A stretch of DNA of 64,000 nt, taken from positions 492,911-556,910 of the forward strand of contig SZYB01000001.1 in NCBI GenBank assembly GCA_030263285.1. The letters run 5' to 3'. The notes below the pieces were generated by a model, which saw only the letters and a program-made list of their open reading frames with translations, was not told where the DNA came from and searched no databases. Shown here one piece after another: positions 48,842-59,591 of the stretch (positions within the stretch are counted from its first letter, which is position 1; each line of letters opens with the position of its first letter). Source of the DNA: Bergeyella sp. (GTDB taxonomy: Bacteria > Bacteroidota > Bacteroidia > Flavobacteriales > Weeksellaceae). The translations under genes were made by a program, and so were the position numbers.

Positions 48842-49657
48842 TTACTCCATATCAAATAAGGAAGGTTTGCTTTCTCGTAAATATTCTTTGGCAGAGATTC
48901 GCAGATATTGGTGTATTTTTTTTATATCAAAATCATAATAATAATTTTCTGCAAGGGCGTAACGCTTGTCCGCAAAGGAAAGCAACGCATCAAAATCATA
49001 GTCCTTGAAACCTATATTTGCAAAGTATTTTTTGTCTATCAAAACTTTCACTTTGTCATAAAATTTTTCTCTCTCAACAGGAGAAATTGGTTCCTTAGAA
49101 GTTTTTGAAACTTTATTGATCAGCATTTTCACTCCCTTTGCCAAACCAATTACGTCTACATAGTTTATCCTTATGTTATTGGTCCGAAAACCAGAATATT
49201 TCATAGAGGGTAAAACTACTTTCGGCTGAGATTTCATATAAACATTCAGGTCTTTATTGATAGCGGCCACTTTTTTCTGGTAAGGGGTATCAAGTTTTTC
49301 CACATCCCTTTTGAGTTTTCCAGTGGGGACAAAACCCATGACGAGTTCAGGAATAAGCTGCTCCTGCCTAAAGAGAATCACCCTTAAGGGTTGAGAAAAA
49401 TACTGGGGATCTATCACGAGTTCTGTTCTATCAAATCCCTCTCTGGCAAAACGCAGCTCATCCCGCGCAGATGCTTGAATAATAAAGATTCCGTCTTCAT
49501 TGGTATAAGTTTTTTTCTCTGTTCTACTATTCACTACAAGAGTCCCGGGCAGCCTACCTCCATATTCAGACGCCACGCTACCTATGACATACCCTTTTCT
49601 CTTTTGAGAGAAAAAGCACGAATACACAAGAAAGAAAAACACACTCCATCTAAACAT
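48842..49657 (-). CDS. carboxypeptidase-regulatory-like domain protein (secreted)
   Basis: Signal peptide followed by a CarboxypepD_reg-like segment (GYVIGSVASEYGGRLPGTLVVNSRTEKKTYTNEDGIFIIQASARDELRFAREGF). First ATG used; the ORF-track start is TTG. Confidence 0.65.
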   Translation of the reverse strand: MFRWSVFFFLVYSCFFSQKRKGYVIGSVASEYGGRLPGTLVVNSRTEKKTYTNEDGIFIIQASARDELRFAREGFDRTELVIDPQYFSQPLRVILFRQEQLIPELVMGFVPTGKLKRDVEKLDTPYQKKVAAINKDLNVYMKSQPKVVLPSMKYSGFRTNNIRINYVDVIGLAKGVKMLINKVSKTSKEPISPVEREKFYDKVKVLIDKKYFANIGFKDYDFDALLSFADKRYALAENYYYDFDIKKIHQYLRISAKEYLRESKPSLFDME

Positions 49658-49765
49658 AAAAAGAGAAATCCAGCCCAACCATTACCCTATAAATGAAATT
49701 TTATTCGCTAAACTTAAAAAAAAATCCTAACTTTAGCTTTACAGAACACACAAAAGATTTTTCTG

Positions 49766-50209
49766 ATGAAGAATGTTATTTTACCTGTCGATTTTGGGGA
49801 AACCACGGACAAACTGCTGGAAGGTGCCATAAAGTTTTCAAAGGATATCAAAGCAAAGATTTTCATCATTCATGTAGCTCCGGCAGAGGTAGGATTTGCC
49901 ATAGGGGACATGGGGTATCAGTATTTTCCGGAAATAGAAAAAAGTGAGATCAAGGCTGAGCTCATGAGACTGGATGCACTAGAAAAAAAAGTAATTTCTG
50001 AGGGGGTTGATTGTGAACACATTCTGAAAAAAGGAATCGCAAGGGACATTATTTTAGAATACGCGAGAGAAAAAAAGTCGGACTATATCGTAATAGGATC
50101 ACACGGAAGAAGTGAGATTTATGATGTATTTATAGGCAGTCTCACAAAGGACATGACGAAGATTTCTCCTGTTCCCGTAGTGGTAATTCCTGTACACAAC
50201 AAAAAATAG
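49766..50209 (+). CDS. universal stress protein (UspA family)
   Basis: 147 aa with the ILPVDF N-terminus, DYIVIGSHGRS and a VPVVVIP C-terminus. Confidence 0.88.
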   Translation: MKNVILPVDFGETTDKLLEGAIKFSKDIKAKIFIIHVAPAEVGFAIGDMGYQYFPEIEKSEIKAELMRLDALEKKVISEGVDCEHILKKGIARDIILEYAREKKSDYIVIGSHGRSEIYDVFIGSLTKDMTKISPVPVVVIPVHNKK

Positions 50210-50295
50210 ATGTAAATAATTAATAAGTTGATTATAGTATTTAATAGCGTATGATGTGTGTAATTGGTAATTGTGAGTAATCTTAATCGCGAGGT

Positions 50296-50335
50296 AAAAA
50301 ACCGTTCTTTAAGAATTCCTAAGAACGGTTTTTTT
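50296..50335. terminator. bidirectional terminator hairpin between convergent genes
   Basis: A 10-bp stem (aaccgttctt / aagaacggtt) flanked by an A-run on the left and a T-run on the right. It could therefore terminate transcripts from both strands. Confidence 0.65.
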
Positions 50336-50361
50336 GATTAAATATCAATTAATTAAATAAT

Positions 50362-50592
50362 TTAACCCTTTCTCATTATTTTTGGATCGTAGTAAGGATT
50401 CTTCCCCTCTGTGGAGGAGGAATACCCTTTGTCCTTGTTTCCCCCCACGTCTACTAACAGAACGTAGCACCAGTAAACAAACAAGACACACCCCACCACG
50501 AAAAGCACCCAGTTGATAAAATACCCCGCAAAATCAAAAAAAAGAAAAACCCAACTAAAAACTCTGCTAAGCAGCAGCCAAAATTCTGTCAT
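50362..50592 (-). CDS. small two-TM membrane protein, unknown function
   Basis: 76 aa with an ATG start, two hydrophobic helices and a hydrophilic tail (GGNKDKGYSSSTEGKNPYYDPKIMRKG). No motif recognised. Confidence 0.45.
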   Translation of the reverse strand: MTEFWLLLSRVFSWVFLFFDFAGYFINWVLFVVGCVLFVYWCYVLLVDVGGNKDKGYSSSTEGKNPYYDPKIMRKG

Positions 50593-50611
50593 TATTTCAT
50601 TATTAAAAAAC

Positions 50612-50619
50612 TAACTTTG
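50612..50619 (+). promoter_or_regulatory. -7 box TAACTTTG
   Basis: Exact TAnnTTTG match 77 nt upstream of the ATG at 50696. Confidence 0.35.
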
Positions 50620-50695
50620 TGCGAAGGTAAAAAAATATTTAGAATCTGCGCATCACAAAATGCTTTATTGTTGATTTCTACTAGACTACACGCAA

Positions 50696-51283
50696 ATGAT
50701 ACAAATTGCCGACAGACTTATATCAGAAGACATTTTTTCAAAAAATTTTATTTGTAACCTCTCAAAATGTAAAGGAGCCTGCTGTGTAGAGGGCGATCTG
50801 GGGGCACCACTGGATAAAGAAGAGACAAAAATTCTGGAATCCCTATACGAAAAAATCCTGCCCTACCTCTCAAAAGAGGGAATAGAAACTATTGAGAAAA
50901 AAGGAAAATGGGAGATAGATCCGGCAGACGGAGAATATGTAACTCCCACCATAGACGGAAGAGAGTGCGTGTACGTAACTTATGATGAAAATCATGTAAC
51001 CAAATGCGCTATAGAAAAAGCCTATGAAGAAGGTGCAGTAGACTGGCAAAAACCCATATCCTGTCACCTATACCCTATAAGGGTAACAGAATACAAAACA
51101 TTTACTGCGCTCAACTATCACAGTTGGTCTATTTGCAAAGAAGCTTGTGCTTTGGGAAACGAACTCCAGATTTCTATTTTCAGATTCTTAAAAGTACCTC
51201 TTATAAGAAAATATGGAGAAACGTTTTATGAGCACCTGTGTCAGGCAGAAAAAGAATGGGAGCGGGAGTTTGGCAAATCCTAA
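50696..51283 (+). CDS. DUF3109 family protein (Cys-rich)
   Basis: The N-terminus MIQI.DRLISEDIFSKNFICNLSKCKGACCVEGDLGAPL is characteristic of DUF3109 proteins as I remember them. 195 aa. Confidence 0.65.
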   Translation: MIQIADRLISEDIFSKNFICNLSKCKGACCVEGDLGAPLDKEETKILESLYEKILPYLSKEGIETIEKKGKWEIDPADGEYVTPTIDGRECVYVTYDENHVTKCAIEKAYEEGAVDWQKPISCHLYPIRVTEYKTFTALNYHSWSICKEACALGNELQISIFRFLKVPLIRKYGETFYEHLCQAEKEWEREFGKS

Positions 51284-51306
51284 ACCTCTGAAATAAAAAT
51301 TTTCAA

Positions 51307-52266
51307 CTATACGATTCCTTCTTCTAAAAGGCGATGCAAGTTGATAATCCCCACATATCTACCTTGATCGGTCACTATGAGTTGACCTATGTTATTCTCT
51401 TTCAGAATTTTCATTGCCTCTTTTGCCAGGCTCCCTTTTTCTATCAGTTTGGGATTTCTGCTCATCACGTCAGAAGCCAAAATGTCTTTTATATCTTCAT
51501 TTTTCATAAGCATTCTTCTAAGATCTCCATCTGTGATTACCCCTACAATTTTAGATTTGTCCGTAACTACCGTAATTCCATGCTGAGAAGCACTTACCGA
51601 TATTATCACCTCCCTTATACCAGAACTTAAATCTACTTGAGGCTTATTTTGAGAAAGAAATTGGGAAACAGTGGCCGTAAGATTTTTTCCCAGACTGCCT
51701 CCAGGATGAAATTTTGCAAAATCTGCATCGCTAAATTTTTTCAGCTTCATAAGGCTAATTGCCAAGGCATCTCCCAAAGCCATCTGAACAGAAGTAGAAC
51801 TGGTAGGCGCAAGTCGTATAGGACACGCCTCTTTTTCCACAAAAATATCTAGGACAAGATCCGCTTCTTTTGCCAGTTTACTTTTTGAATTTCCCGTCAT
51901 AGCAATGAGCACGGATGAATATTTTTTTAGAAAAGGCAGAAGGTGTACAATCTCCGGAGAATTGCCCGAATAAGAAAGACACAGAACAACATCTCTCTTT
52001 TGTATAAGACCCAGATCTCCATGAATAGCCTCTGAAGCATGTAAAAACTGGGCAGGTGTACCCGTTGAGTTAAATGTGGCCACAATCTTACGTCCCACAT
52101 GTGCAGATTTTCCTATCCCCACCAAAATTACTTTCCCCTTAGATTTACCGATAAGAGACACCGCCTCAGCAAAACGATTGTCCATTCTGTCCCTTAACCT
52201 CTTGATTTCGGCGAGATGTATGTCCAAAGCATCCTTACCCGTCTGTAGAATTTTTTCAGGAGTCAT
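51307..52266 (-). CDS. kdsD: KpsF/GutQ-family arabinose-5-phosphate isomerase (SIS + 2 CBS)
   Basis: SIS domain (GKVILVGIGKSAHVGRKI.., SYSGNSPE) followed by a CBS pair (ITVVTDKSKIVGVITDGDLRR; QLIVTDQGRYVGIINLHRLL). Confidence 0.88.
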   Translation of the reverse strand: MTPEKILQTGKDALDIHLAEIKRLRDRMDNRFAEAVSLIGKSKGKVILVGIGKSAHVGRKIVATFNSTGTPAQFLHASEAIHGDLGLIQKRDVVLCLSYSGNSPEIVHLLPFLKKYSSVLIAMTGNSKSKLAKEADLVLDIFVEKEACPIRLAPTSSTSVQMALGDALAISLMKLKKFSDADFAKFHPGGSLGKNLTATVSQFLSQNKPQVDLSSGIREVIISVSASQHGITVVTDKSKIVGVITDGDLRRMLMKNEDIKDILASDVMSRNPKLIEKGSLAKEAMKILKENNIGQLIVTDQGRYVGIINLHRLLEEGIV

Positions 52267-52407
52267 AAATAAAGCAAAGCGCTAAAATAATTATAATTAT
52301 TTGTTGAAAAAAAATTACCTGGAACAATAAAAAATGAAATTTTTATATCTGATGATATATTAGTAACTTCGGAGGGAATCAAATTTAGGAACAGGAAACT
52401 TGGCAGA

Positions 52408-54615
52408 ATGAAAGCAGAATCGCCCAGTCTAAGGGATCAGCTTCGGCATTATTTTGGTTTTTCTACATTTAAGGGTCGGCAAGAGGAGATTATAAGAACC
52501 CTTTTGGGGGGGAAGGACGTCTTCGTACTCATGCCCACGGGGGGGGGGAAATCTCTGTGCTATCAGTTACCCGCACTCATCTCAAAAGGCACGGCTATTG
52601 TGGTCTCCCCTCTCATAGCGCTTATGAAAAATCAGGTGGATTCTATAAACGGACTGTCGGATGGTGAGGGCACTGCGCATGTACTCAACTCTTCACTTAC
52701 CAAAACCCAAATACAGCGGGTTTTTCGGGACATAAAATCAAACAAAACAAAACTACTCTATGTGGCTCCAGAAAGTCTGATCAAAGAAGAGTATATAAAT
52801 TTTCTGAAAAATGTAGAGGTGTCTTTTTTTGCTATAGACGAAGCGCACTGCATCTCAGAATGGGGACACGACTTTCGACCCGAATACAGAAATCTGAAGT
52901 CCATCGTAGGAAAAATAGCCCGCGTACCTCTCATAGCGCTTACCGCTACCGCAACCCCTAAAGTACAAGATGACATACAAAAAACCTTAGGTATGCAGGA
53001 AGCCTTGGTCTTTAAGGAGAGTTTTAACAGACCTAATCTTTTTTACGAGATACGCCCAAAAATAGAAGTAGACAAAGAAATAGTAAAATTTATATCTCAA
53101 AAAAAAGGAAAATCTGGGATCGTGTATTGTCTTAGCAGAAGAAAAGTAGAAGAATTTGCCCAGCTTTTGCAGATCAACGGCGTCAGTGCACTTCCCTATC
53201 ATGCAGGACTGGATCAAAAGATAAGAGTGGGGAATCAGGATAAATTCCTAATGGAAGAATGCGACGTAATTGTGGCCACCATCGCTTTTGGCATGGGAAT
53301 AGACAAACCCGACGTACGTTTCGTCGTTCATTACGATATACCCAAGTCATTAGAAAGTTACTACCAAGAAACGGGAAGAGCAGGAAGAGATGGCGGAGAA
53401 GGGTATTGCCTAGCTTTCTATGATCCCAGAGACATTACAAAACTAGAAAAGTTTTTAGCTCAAAAACCGGTATCCGAAAGAGAAATTGGAATGCAACTTC
53501 TCAATGAAGTGGTGGGCTATGCAGAAACCTCGATGAGCAGACGCCAGTACCTTCTTAATTATTTTGGAGAAGACTTTGATCCTGTACACGGTCTTGGTGC
53601 CAAAATGGATGACAATGCACTTCACCCGCCAAAGCTTATGGATCTTACAGATGATCTTAGGCAAGCACTGGACATTACAAGAAAACTAGAGGAAAAGTTT
53701 AGGGCGAGAGACCTCATAGCCATCTTGACAGGAAAAGAAAATTCCGTTACAAGATCTCACCAGTTGGAAGGACATAAACTTTTTGGGATAGGAAGAGAAA
53801 AATCAGAAAATTATTGGAAATCTGTTATAAGACAAGCGGCAGTCCAGGGCTTTATAGTAAAAGATATAGAGACCTATGGCATCCTGAAACTTTCGAGCAA
53901 AGGGCTGGATTTCCTTGATGGAAAAAGAAAAGATACCTTCCTCATTGCAGAAGACAAAATCTATGACCTTACAAAACCAAAAGTAGAAAATCACCTCGGA
54001 AATGCTCAAGCCTCCTCTGGTGGTCTTGATGAGGTTTTATTTTCCCGCCTGAAAGATCTGAGAAAAAGAATTGCCAAAACAAAAGGCATTCCGCCCTATA
54101 CGGTTTTTATGGATCCCAGTTTGGAAGACATGACTATACAATACCCTGTTTCGGTGGAAGAAATATCCAAGATACATGGAGTAGGAGATGGAAAAGCAAA
54201 GAAATACGGAAAAGAGTTTGCCGATTTTATAAAACAATATGTCGAGGAAAATGAAATTGAAAGAACACAGGACATCGTGCTTCGTCAGGTAGCTAATAAG
54301 TCTAATCATAAAGTTTTTATCATCCAGAGTACAGACAAAAAACTTGATCTGGAAGATATAGCCAAGGCTAAGAATCTAAGTATGGAAGAACTCCTCAAGG
54401 AAATGGAAGCTATTGTTTATCAGGGAACCAAACTTAATATCAACTATCACATAGAAAAACATTTTGATGAAGACATAGTAGAAGATTTTATGGAATTCAT
54501 GAGAGAAAGCGATAGTGATAACATGAAAGTCCTGTTAAAGGAATACGGAAACGAACTCAATGACGAAGAAGTGCGCATGCTCCGCATTAAGTTTATCAGT
54601 GAAGTGGCAAACTGA
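52408..54615 (+). CDS. recQ: ATP-dependent DNA helicase RecQ
   Basis: Motif [17 protein letters not shown] ([19 protein letters not shown]), an RQC region and a C-terminal HRDC domain. 735 aa. Confidence 0.94.
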   Translation: MKAESPSLRDQLRHYFGFSTFKGRQEEIIRTLLGGKDVFVLMPTGGGKSLCYQLPALISKGTAIVVSPLIALMKNQVDSINGLSDGEGTAHVLNSSLTKTQIQRVFRDIKSNKTKLLYVAPESLIKEEYINFLKNVEVSFFAIDEAHCISEWGHDFRPEYRNLKSIVGKIARVPLIALTATATPKVQDDIQKTLGMQEALVFKESFNRPNLFYEIRPKIEVDKEIVKFISQKKGKSGIVYCLSRRKVEEFAQLLQINGVSALPYHAGLDQKIRVGNQDKFLMEECDVIVATIAFGMGIDKPDVRFVVHYDIPKSLESYYQETGRAGRDGGEGYCLAFYDPRDITKLEKFLAQKPVSEREIGMQLLNEVVGYAETSMSRRQYLLNYFGEDFDPVHGLGAKMDDNALHPPKLMDLTDDLRQALDITRKLEEKFRARDLIAILTGKENSVTRSHQLEGHKLFGIGREKSENYWKSVIRQAAVQGFIVKDIETYGILKLSSKGLDFLDGKRKDTFLIAEDKIYDLTKPKVENHLGNAQASSGGLDEVLFSRLKDLRKRIAKTKGIPPYTVFMDPSLEDMTIQYPVSVEEISKIHGVGDGKAKKYGKEFADFIKQYVEENEIERTQDIVLRQVANKSNHKVFIIQSTDKKLDLEDIAKAKNLSMEELLKEMEAIVYQGTKLNINYHIEKHFDEDIVEDFMEFMRESDSDNMKVLLKEYGNELNDEEVRMLRIKFISEVAN

Positions 54616-54676
54616 TGAATATTCAGTGTATATAGCTTCCCCTTTTTCTATATTGTTTCTTTTTCTTGATTCTCTA

Positions 54677-55747
54677 ATGAAAAAAACGATAATATTTCTT
54701 ATTCCGGATCTTGAAATGGGCGGAGCGGAAAGAATGGTAGTCAACATCACAAATTCTTTGTCAAGAGAGCATTTTATTCCCAAGATTGTAGTCTTGAGAA
54801 AAGAAGGCGGATATATCAATTTGCTGAAAAAAGATACAGAAATAATTGATCTCAATATCCGGCGGATAAGAAATGCGCTAATTCCTATCTTTAGGATCCT
54901 GAGAAAAATAAAACCCGATATCGTATTTTCTGCATATGGAGAACTCAATGCCTTTATAACAACGGGGATTATTCTTTTTCCAAAAATTAAATTTGTGGCA
55001 AGGGAAACCAATGTGGTGTCTCTGCATGTGAAGAGAAAAGAGATTTTATTCTTTTATAATTTCTACCATCTCTATCACAGGATAATATGCCAAAGTGAGG
55101 ACATGAAACAAGATCTTATTGAAAATTTGGGAATAAAAAACGGGAGACTTATAAAAATTAATAACCCCGTAGATATAAAATTTATTGAAAATCAAATTAC
55201 CAAAAATAATAAACCTGCAATCTTCTCAGAACATAAAAAAAATGTGCTTGCCATAGGCAATTTATCTTCACGTAAAGGATTTGATAATTTACTCAAAGTT
55301 TTTTCTCATCTAAAGGATGAAGAAATCGCGCTCCACATCTTGGGAGACGGTAGAGACAGGGAGGAACTCATAGAATTGAAAAATAAACTAGATTTAAAAC
55401 AAGTATTCTTTCACGGAAAAAAATCTAATCCTTACAACTATCTCTACCATGCAGATCTTTTTGTTCTTTCCTCTCGCTACGAGGGGTTTCCCAATGTTCT
55501 TTTGGAAGCGGGAGCTTGCGGAACCTATTCACTGGCAAACCATTGCCCCGGTGGCATTAGCGAAATCATCCAAGAAAAAATCAACGGAGAAATCGCCTCT
55601 GTAGAAGACCACTCGAATTTTGCACGGAGGATACAAAAATCTCTGGATATTTCCAAAGACAGAGAAAAAATAAAAAACTCCATACGATCCAGATTCTCCC
55701 TGGAAAAAATCATACAAGAGTATACCGCAATATTTTCTGATCTCTGA
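54677..55747 (+). CDS. family 4 (GT-B, GT1-type) glycosyltransferase
   Basis: N-terminus IPDLEMGGAERMVVN and the C-terminal EX7E region (SSRYEGFPNVLLEAGACG). The ORF-track start at 54560 overlaps recQ, so the first ATG with homology (MKKTIIFL) at 54677 is used. Confidence 0.85.
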   Translation: MKKTIIFLIPDLEMGGAERMVVNITNSLSREHFIPKIVVLRKEGGYINLLKKDTEIIDLNIRRIRNALIPIFRILRKIKPDIVFSAYGELNAFITTGIILFPKIKFVARETNVVSLHVKRKEILFFYNFYHLYHRIICQSEDMKQDLIENLGIKNGRLIKINNPVDIKFIENQITKNNKPAIFSEHKKNVLAIGNLSSRKGFDNLLKVFSHLKDEEIALHILGDGRDREELIELKNKLDLKQVFFHGKKSNPYNYLYHADLFVLSSRYEGFPNVLLEAGACGTYSLANHCPGGISEIIQEKINGEIASVEDHSNFARRIQKSLDISKDREKIKNSIRSRFSLEKIIQEYTAIFSDL

Positions 55748-55827
55748 CAAAGACCAATCCCTCCCGAAAGATCTTAAACACCAAGAAGATGTTATACTAT
55801 ACCGTTATGCTATAATTTTGAAAACCC

Positions 55828-57009
55828 TCAGTAATGATCTCCGAGTTTTTTTCTCCGCTGTATTTCTTTTCTTATAAGACTTAACTCTCTCCCCGTCTGT
55901 CCGGATACCGAAGTATTCTCTTCTGCTCTGCGTATAAGATAAGGCACTACCTCTTTCACAGGACCATAAGGGAGGTATTTGGCTGCGTTATAACCGTTTT
56001 TGGCCAAGTAAAACGTGATGTTATCGCTCATTCCAAAAAGCTGACCAAAATAAATATTGGGAAGATCATGAGGGAGATTTTTCTCCTTCATGATCTTTAT
56101 TACCAGAGAAGTAGAATATTCATTATGCGAGCCAAAAAATGCAGAAACACAATCCAAATGCTCAAAGACAAAATTGATCCCTCTATTGTAATTCTGGTCA
56201 GTTTCTTCTTTGGTCGACCATATGGGATCCTCATATCCCATTTCGTCCTTTCTGCGTCTCTCCTTCTCCATGTAAGCCCCTCTTACCAATTTATATCCTA
56301 TAAAATACCCTTTCTCTCTCGCAGACAAAAGTTGTGCATGCATGTACTCCAGTCTGTCTTTTCTGTAGAGCTGAACGGTATTCCAAACGATGGACTTCTC
56401 TTGGTTGTACTTCTCCATAAGATTTTCGCAGACAGCATCTACAGCGTCTTGCATCCAAGTCTCTTCGGCATCTATCATCACCATCTTATTATGTTTGTAA
56501 CTCAGAGCACAAACCTCATCAAACCTTTTTAATACCCTCTCCCATTCTTCTTTTTCCTGCACCGAAAGCTCTACTTTGGCCCCTACCTTCTCATAAATAC
56601 CAATCCTTCCAAACGCCGTAGGCTTGAACACCACAAAAGGAACGGCATCTCTCCCAACAGAAAATTCAATAATCTTTTTTATCTCATCGCAAACTTTATC
56701 AAAAGATTCCTCATCCTCCTTCCCTTCCACAGAATAATCCAAAATACTTTTGACTCCGCTTCTATAGAGTTTTTCTATAGCCTCTATGGTTTCCTCCCTA
56801 TCTTCTCCCCCACAAAATTGCTGAAAAAGGGTACTTTTCACTATTTCATCCATGCCCGGAAATCGTTGCCGAACCGCAAAATTCAAGAATCGAGTTCCCA
56901 TTTTTGTGAGAAAAGGGGACTTGATCAAACTAAACATCAGATACGCTTTGTATAACTCTCTATCCGATTTGCCCGCAAAAGCAACTTTAGTATCGTTAAA
57001 ATCAGGCAT
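55828..57009 (-). CDS. proline dehydrogenase family protein
   Basis: 393 aa monofunctional PutA-like PRODH: MPDFNDTKVAF N-terminus, TIM-barrel segments (VMIDAEETWMQDA, VQLYRKD, KLVRGAYM) and the C-terminal YLIRRAEENTS motif. Confidence 0.85.
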   Translation of the reverse strand: MPDFNDTKVAFAGKSDRELYKAYLMFSLIKSPFLTKMGTRFLNFAVRQRFPGMDEIVKSTLFQQFCGGEDREETIEAIEKLYRSGVKSILDYSVEGKEDEESFDKVCDEIKKIIEFSVGRDAVPFVVFKPTAFGRIGIYEKVGAKVELSVQEKEEWERVLKRFDEVCALSYKHNKMVMIDAEETWMQDAVDAVCENLMEKYNQEKSIVWNTVQLYRKDRLEYMHAQLLSAREKGYFIGYKLVRGAYMEKERRRKDEMGYEDPIWSTKEETDQNYNRGINFVFEHLDCVSAFFGSHNEYSTSLVIKIMKEKNLPHDLPNIYFGQLFGMSDNITFYLAKNGYNAAKYLPYGPVKEVVPYLIRRAEENTSVSGQTGRELSLIRKEIQRRKKLGDHY

Positions 57010-57125
57010 AGTTCATATTATGAATAAAAAAGTACAACCGTAATTCGCTGCCAAATTTAATAATCCTTGGATAAACAAAAAACGTCTATCGTGTCATCCA
57101 TCATAAAAAATTAGTCCGAATACAC

Positions 57126-57133
57126 TAAATTTG
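57126..57133 (+). promoter_or_regulatory. -7 box TAAATTTG for aroB
   Basis: Exact TAnnTTTG match 14 nt upstream of the ATG at 57147. The spacing is very short, which would imply a near-leaderless mRNA. Confidence 0.35.
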
Positions 57134-57146
57134 AAAAAAAAATTGA

Positions 57147-58184
57147 ATGGTCAGCTTCTCAGACAACGAATTCTCGGACTTGGGTCTTTATATTACAAAT
57201 GAGCAACCGAGCCAGGTATTTGTTTTGGTAGACAAAAATACCCGTAAATTCTGCCTCCCCCTACTACAAAAAAAGCTAAATACCAAAATCCCCACAGAAA
57301 TTATAGAAATAAAAGCGGGAGAAAAAGAAAAAAATATTGTAAATGTCACTCGGCTGTGGGAAACGCTGGCGAAAAAAAATGCAGATAGAAAATCTCTCCT
57401 TATCAACCTGGGCGGAGGCGTGATTAGTGATCTTGGAGGATTTATTGCCTCAACCTACAAAAGAGGAATACCGTTTATTAATATCCCCACCACCCTCCTG
57501 TCTATGTGCGATGCTGCTATTGGGGGGAAAACGGGAATTGATCATGATTTTTATAAAAACATTATTGGAACATTCTCTCTTGCGGAAAAGACTTACATTT
57601 ATCCAAAATTTTTAGAAACCCTACCTTTTGCAGAGCTGAGAAGCGGATTCGCAGAAATGCTAAAACACGGACTCGTAGCAGATGCTTCGCACTGGAAAGA
57701 TCTGACAAGGATAAAAAATCTGGAATGGCAAAATATTGAGCCGCTTATAAAAACTTCTGTCAAAATAAAAGAACGTATTGTAGATGCAGATCCTAGAGAA
57801 GAAAACGTAAGAAAAAAACTTAACTTCGGCCACACAATAGGTCATGCCGTAGAGAGTTTATTCCTGAAAAGAAAAAATCCCATTCCTCACGGAGAAGCAG
57901 TAGCCATGGGAATGATTGCAGAGACTCACCTGTCTTATCTGGAAAACTTAATTTCGAAAGAACAAGAAGAGGACATCCTCACTAAAATCATTTTCTTTTA
58001 TCCAAAAATAAATATCGAAATCTTTAAGGATATCGAAATCTACAATGTAATGCTCAACGATAAAAAGAATACCCGAAGAAAAATTAATTTCTCCCTAATA
58101 AAAAATGTAGGGAACTGTATCTACAACCAACCCGCATCAAAGTCAAATGTCATAGAAAGCATCAAATTTTATATCAGTTTATAA
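57147..58184 (+). CDS. aroB: 3-dehydroquinate synthase
   Basis: GGGVISDLGGFIASTYKRGI, IPTTLLSMCDAAIGGKTGI and metal ligands in FGHTIGHAVE ... HGEAVAMGM. Confidence 0.92.
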   Translation: MVSFSDNEFSDLGLYITNEQPSQVFVLVDKNTRKFCLPLLQKKLNTKIPTEIIEIKAGEKEKNIVNVTRLWETLAKKNADRKSLLINLGGGVISDLGGFIASTYKRGIPFINIPTTLLSMCDAAIGGKTGIDHDFYKNIIGTFSLAEKTYIYPKFLETLPFAELRSGFAEMLKHGLVADASHWKDLTRIKNLEWQNIEPLIKTSVKIKERIVDADPREENVRKKLNFGHTIGHAVESLFLKRKNPIPHGEAVAMGMIAETHLSYLENLISKEQEEDILTKIIFFYPKINIEIFKDIEIYNVMLNDKKNTRRKINFSLIKNVGNCIYNQPASKSNVIESIKFYISL

Positions 58185-58399
58185 AATTATCATATATTTG
58201 TGCCCGTGGTTTGTAATCCTGTTATAGGGAGACAACAAATAAAAGCATAGATAAAAGCATTTACTAAATAAAATAAGTCGTACTTTTGCCATGTATTCTT
58301 TCCGCGTGCATCTAGACTTTGAATTTACAGCGTGGTTTTGTCTGAAACGAGGATAAGTAGAAAAATAGAAATAAATACAAAAATCAAAATTTAAAAATT

Positions 58400-59113
58400 A
58401 TGAAAAAGTTATTTTTGGGATTAGGTTTATTTGCTGGATCACTGGCTTTTGCTCAGTTTTCTGAGGCAAACTTTGGTGTTAAGGCAGGGGGTAATGCTTC
58501 TACTCTTACGCCGAACGGTTCCTCAATAAAAGAATCGGTTAAAAACAATTACAAATTTGATTTCTATGCAGGTGTATTTGCAAGAATTCCTGTATCAAAT
58601 CGTTTTACCCTTCAACCCGAATTACTCTATGACAGATTGGGCACCAAGTCAAAAGAAACGGTTGATGGTATTACCAAGTCTTACACACAGCGGCTTAACT
58701 ATCTGACTATTCCTGTCATGGTTCAGTATAACTTTTCTCCTAAATTCTATGTGGAAATAGGCCCTCAGGCGAGTTTGTTTCTAGATGGAAAAGGGGTTCG
58801 TAAAGTATCAGGATCCAATACATCGGAGAGCAACTCCAACAAAACTGACAGAAATGAGGTGAATAACTTCGTCTTCGGAGCCGCTGCAGGCTTGGGATAC
58901 TATTTTACTCCACAAATAGGCGTAAACCTTAGGTATGTTGCAGGAATAAATGGAACACAAAGAAATTCAAACAGAGATAATGCAATAAGAAGTAATAGTT
59001 TCCAGTTAGGTCTCATGTTCAGATTAGCCAACAAAAAGGATAAAACCCAAACCACATCTACAAAGACAGAAGCAATAGAAGTGGTAGAAGTAGTAGAAGA
59101 AGCTACAAAGTAA
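58400..59113 (+). CDS. porin-family outer-membrane beta-barrel protein
   Basis: Signal peptide (LAFAQF), alternating-hydrophobicity strands (FGVKAGGN, FYAGVFARIP, LTIPVMVQYNF, FVFGAAAGLGYYF, SFQLGLMFRL) and a low-complexity acidic tail. Confidence 0.75.
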   Translation: MKKLFLGLGLFAGSLAFAQFSEANFGVKAGGNASTLTPNGSSIKESVKNNYKFDFYAGVFARIPVSNRFTLQPELLYDRLGTKSKETVDGITKSYTQRLNYLTIPVMVQYNFSPKFYVEIGPQASLFLDGKGVRKVSGSNTSESNSNKTDRNEVNNFVFGAAAGLGYYFTPQIGVNLRYVAGINGTQRNSNRDNAIRSNSFQLGLMFRLANKKDKTQTTSTKTEAIEVVEVVEEATK

Positions 59114-59133
59114 ATTTACTATCATAACAGACA

Positions 59134-59170
59134 AAAAGCGAGAAAGAAATCTCTTTTTCTCGCTTTTTTT
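59134..59170 (+). terminator. rho-independent terminator after the porin gene
   Basis: Stem gcgagaaa / tttctcgc, extendable by A-T pairs, followed by a T8 run. Confidence 0.7.
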
Positions 59171-59591
59171 TATAATTTTTTTTAATAAACACACTCCCTC
59201 CCCATTCATTTTCATTATATCCCCCTTGGCACAAAAATTACGTGCATCAAACGATACAAACATATGAATTAGACATCCCTATGGAAAATAAAACCAATAC
59301 AACGGAATACTTTCCTTGTTGGGATTAATAGGATTAAGCTCCTCTTGCTTACTGGAGATATAAAATCAAAATCCGGTACTGGAACAACGGAAGAGAAAAT
59401 CATCAGTACAATAAAAAGTAATCTAAACAGAGACCAAGAATGCCTCCAAAAAAGAACCGTTGGAAGAAATGCGAAAAACACAAAAAAATTCGTCAAAAGA
59501 CATTGTGATGACCAATGATATAAAGGCGTTTCACTAAGACGAGAAAATTCTCCACGAGGAAGGTTTCCTATTGTATTTCCATAATGAAAAG

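Noticed and set aside
59269-59496. 75-aa hydrophobic ORF (TTG start) between the porin gene and the GHL10 gene.
   Set aside because: It has no ATG start and no motif, and its frame runs open into the GHL10 3' end. It could be another relic, but I cannot support calling it.
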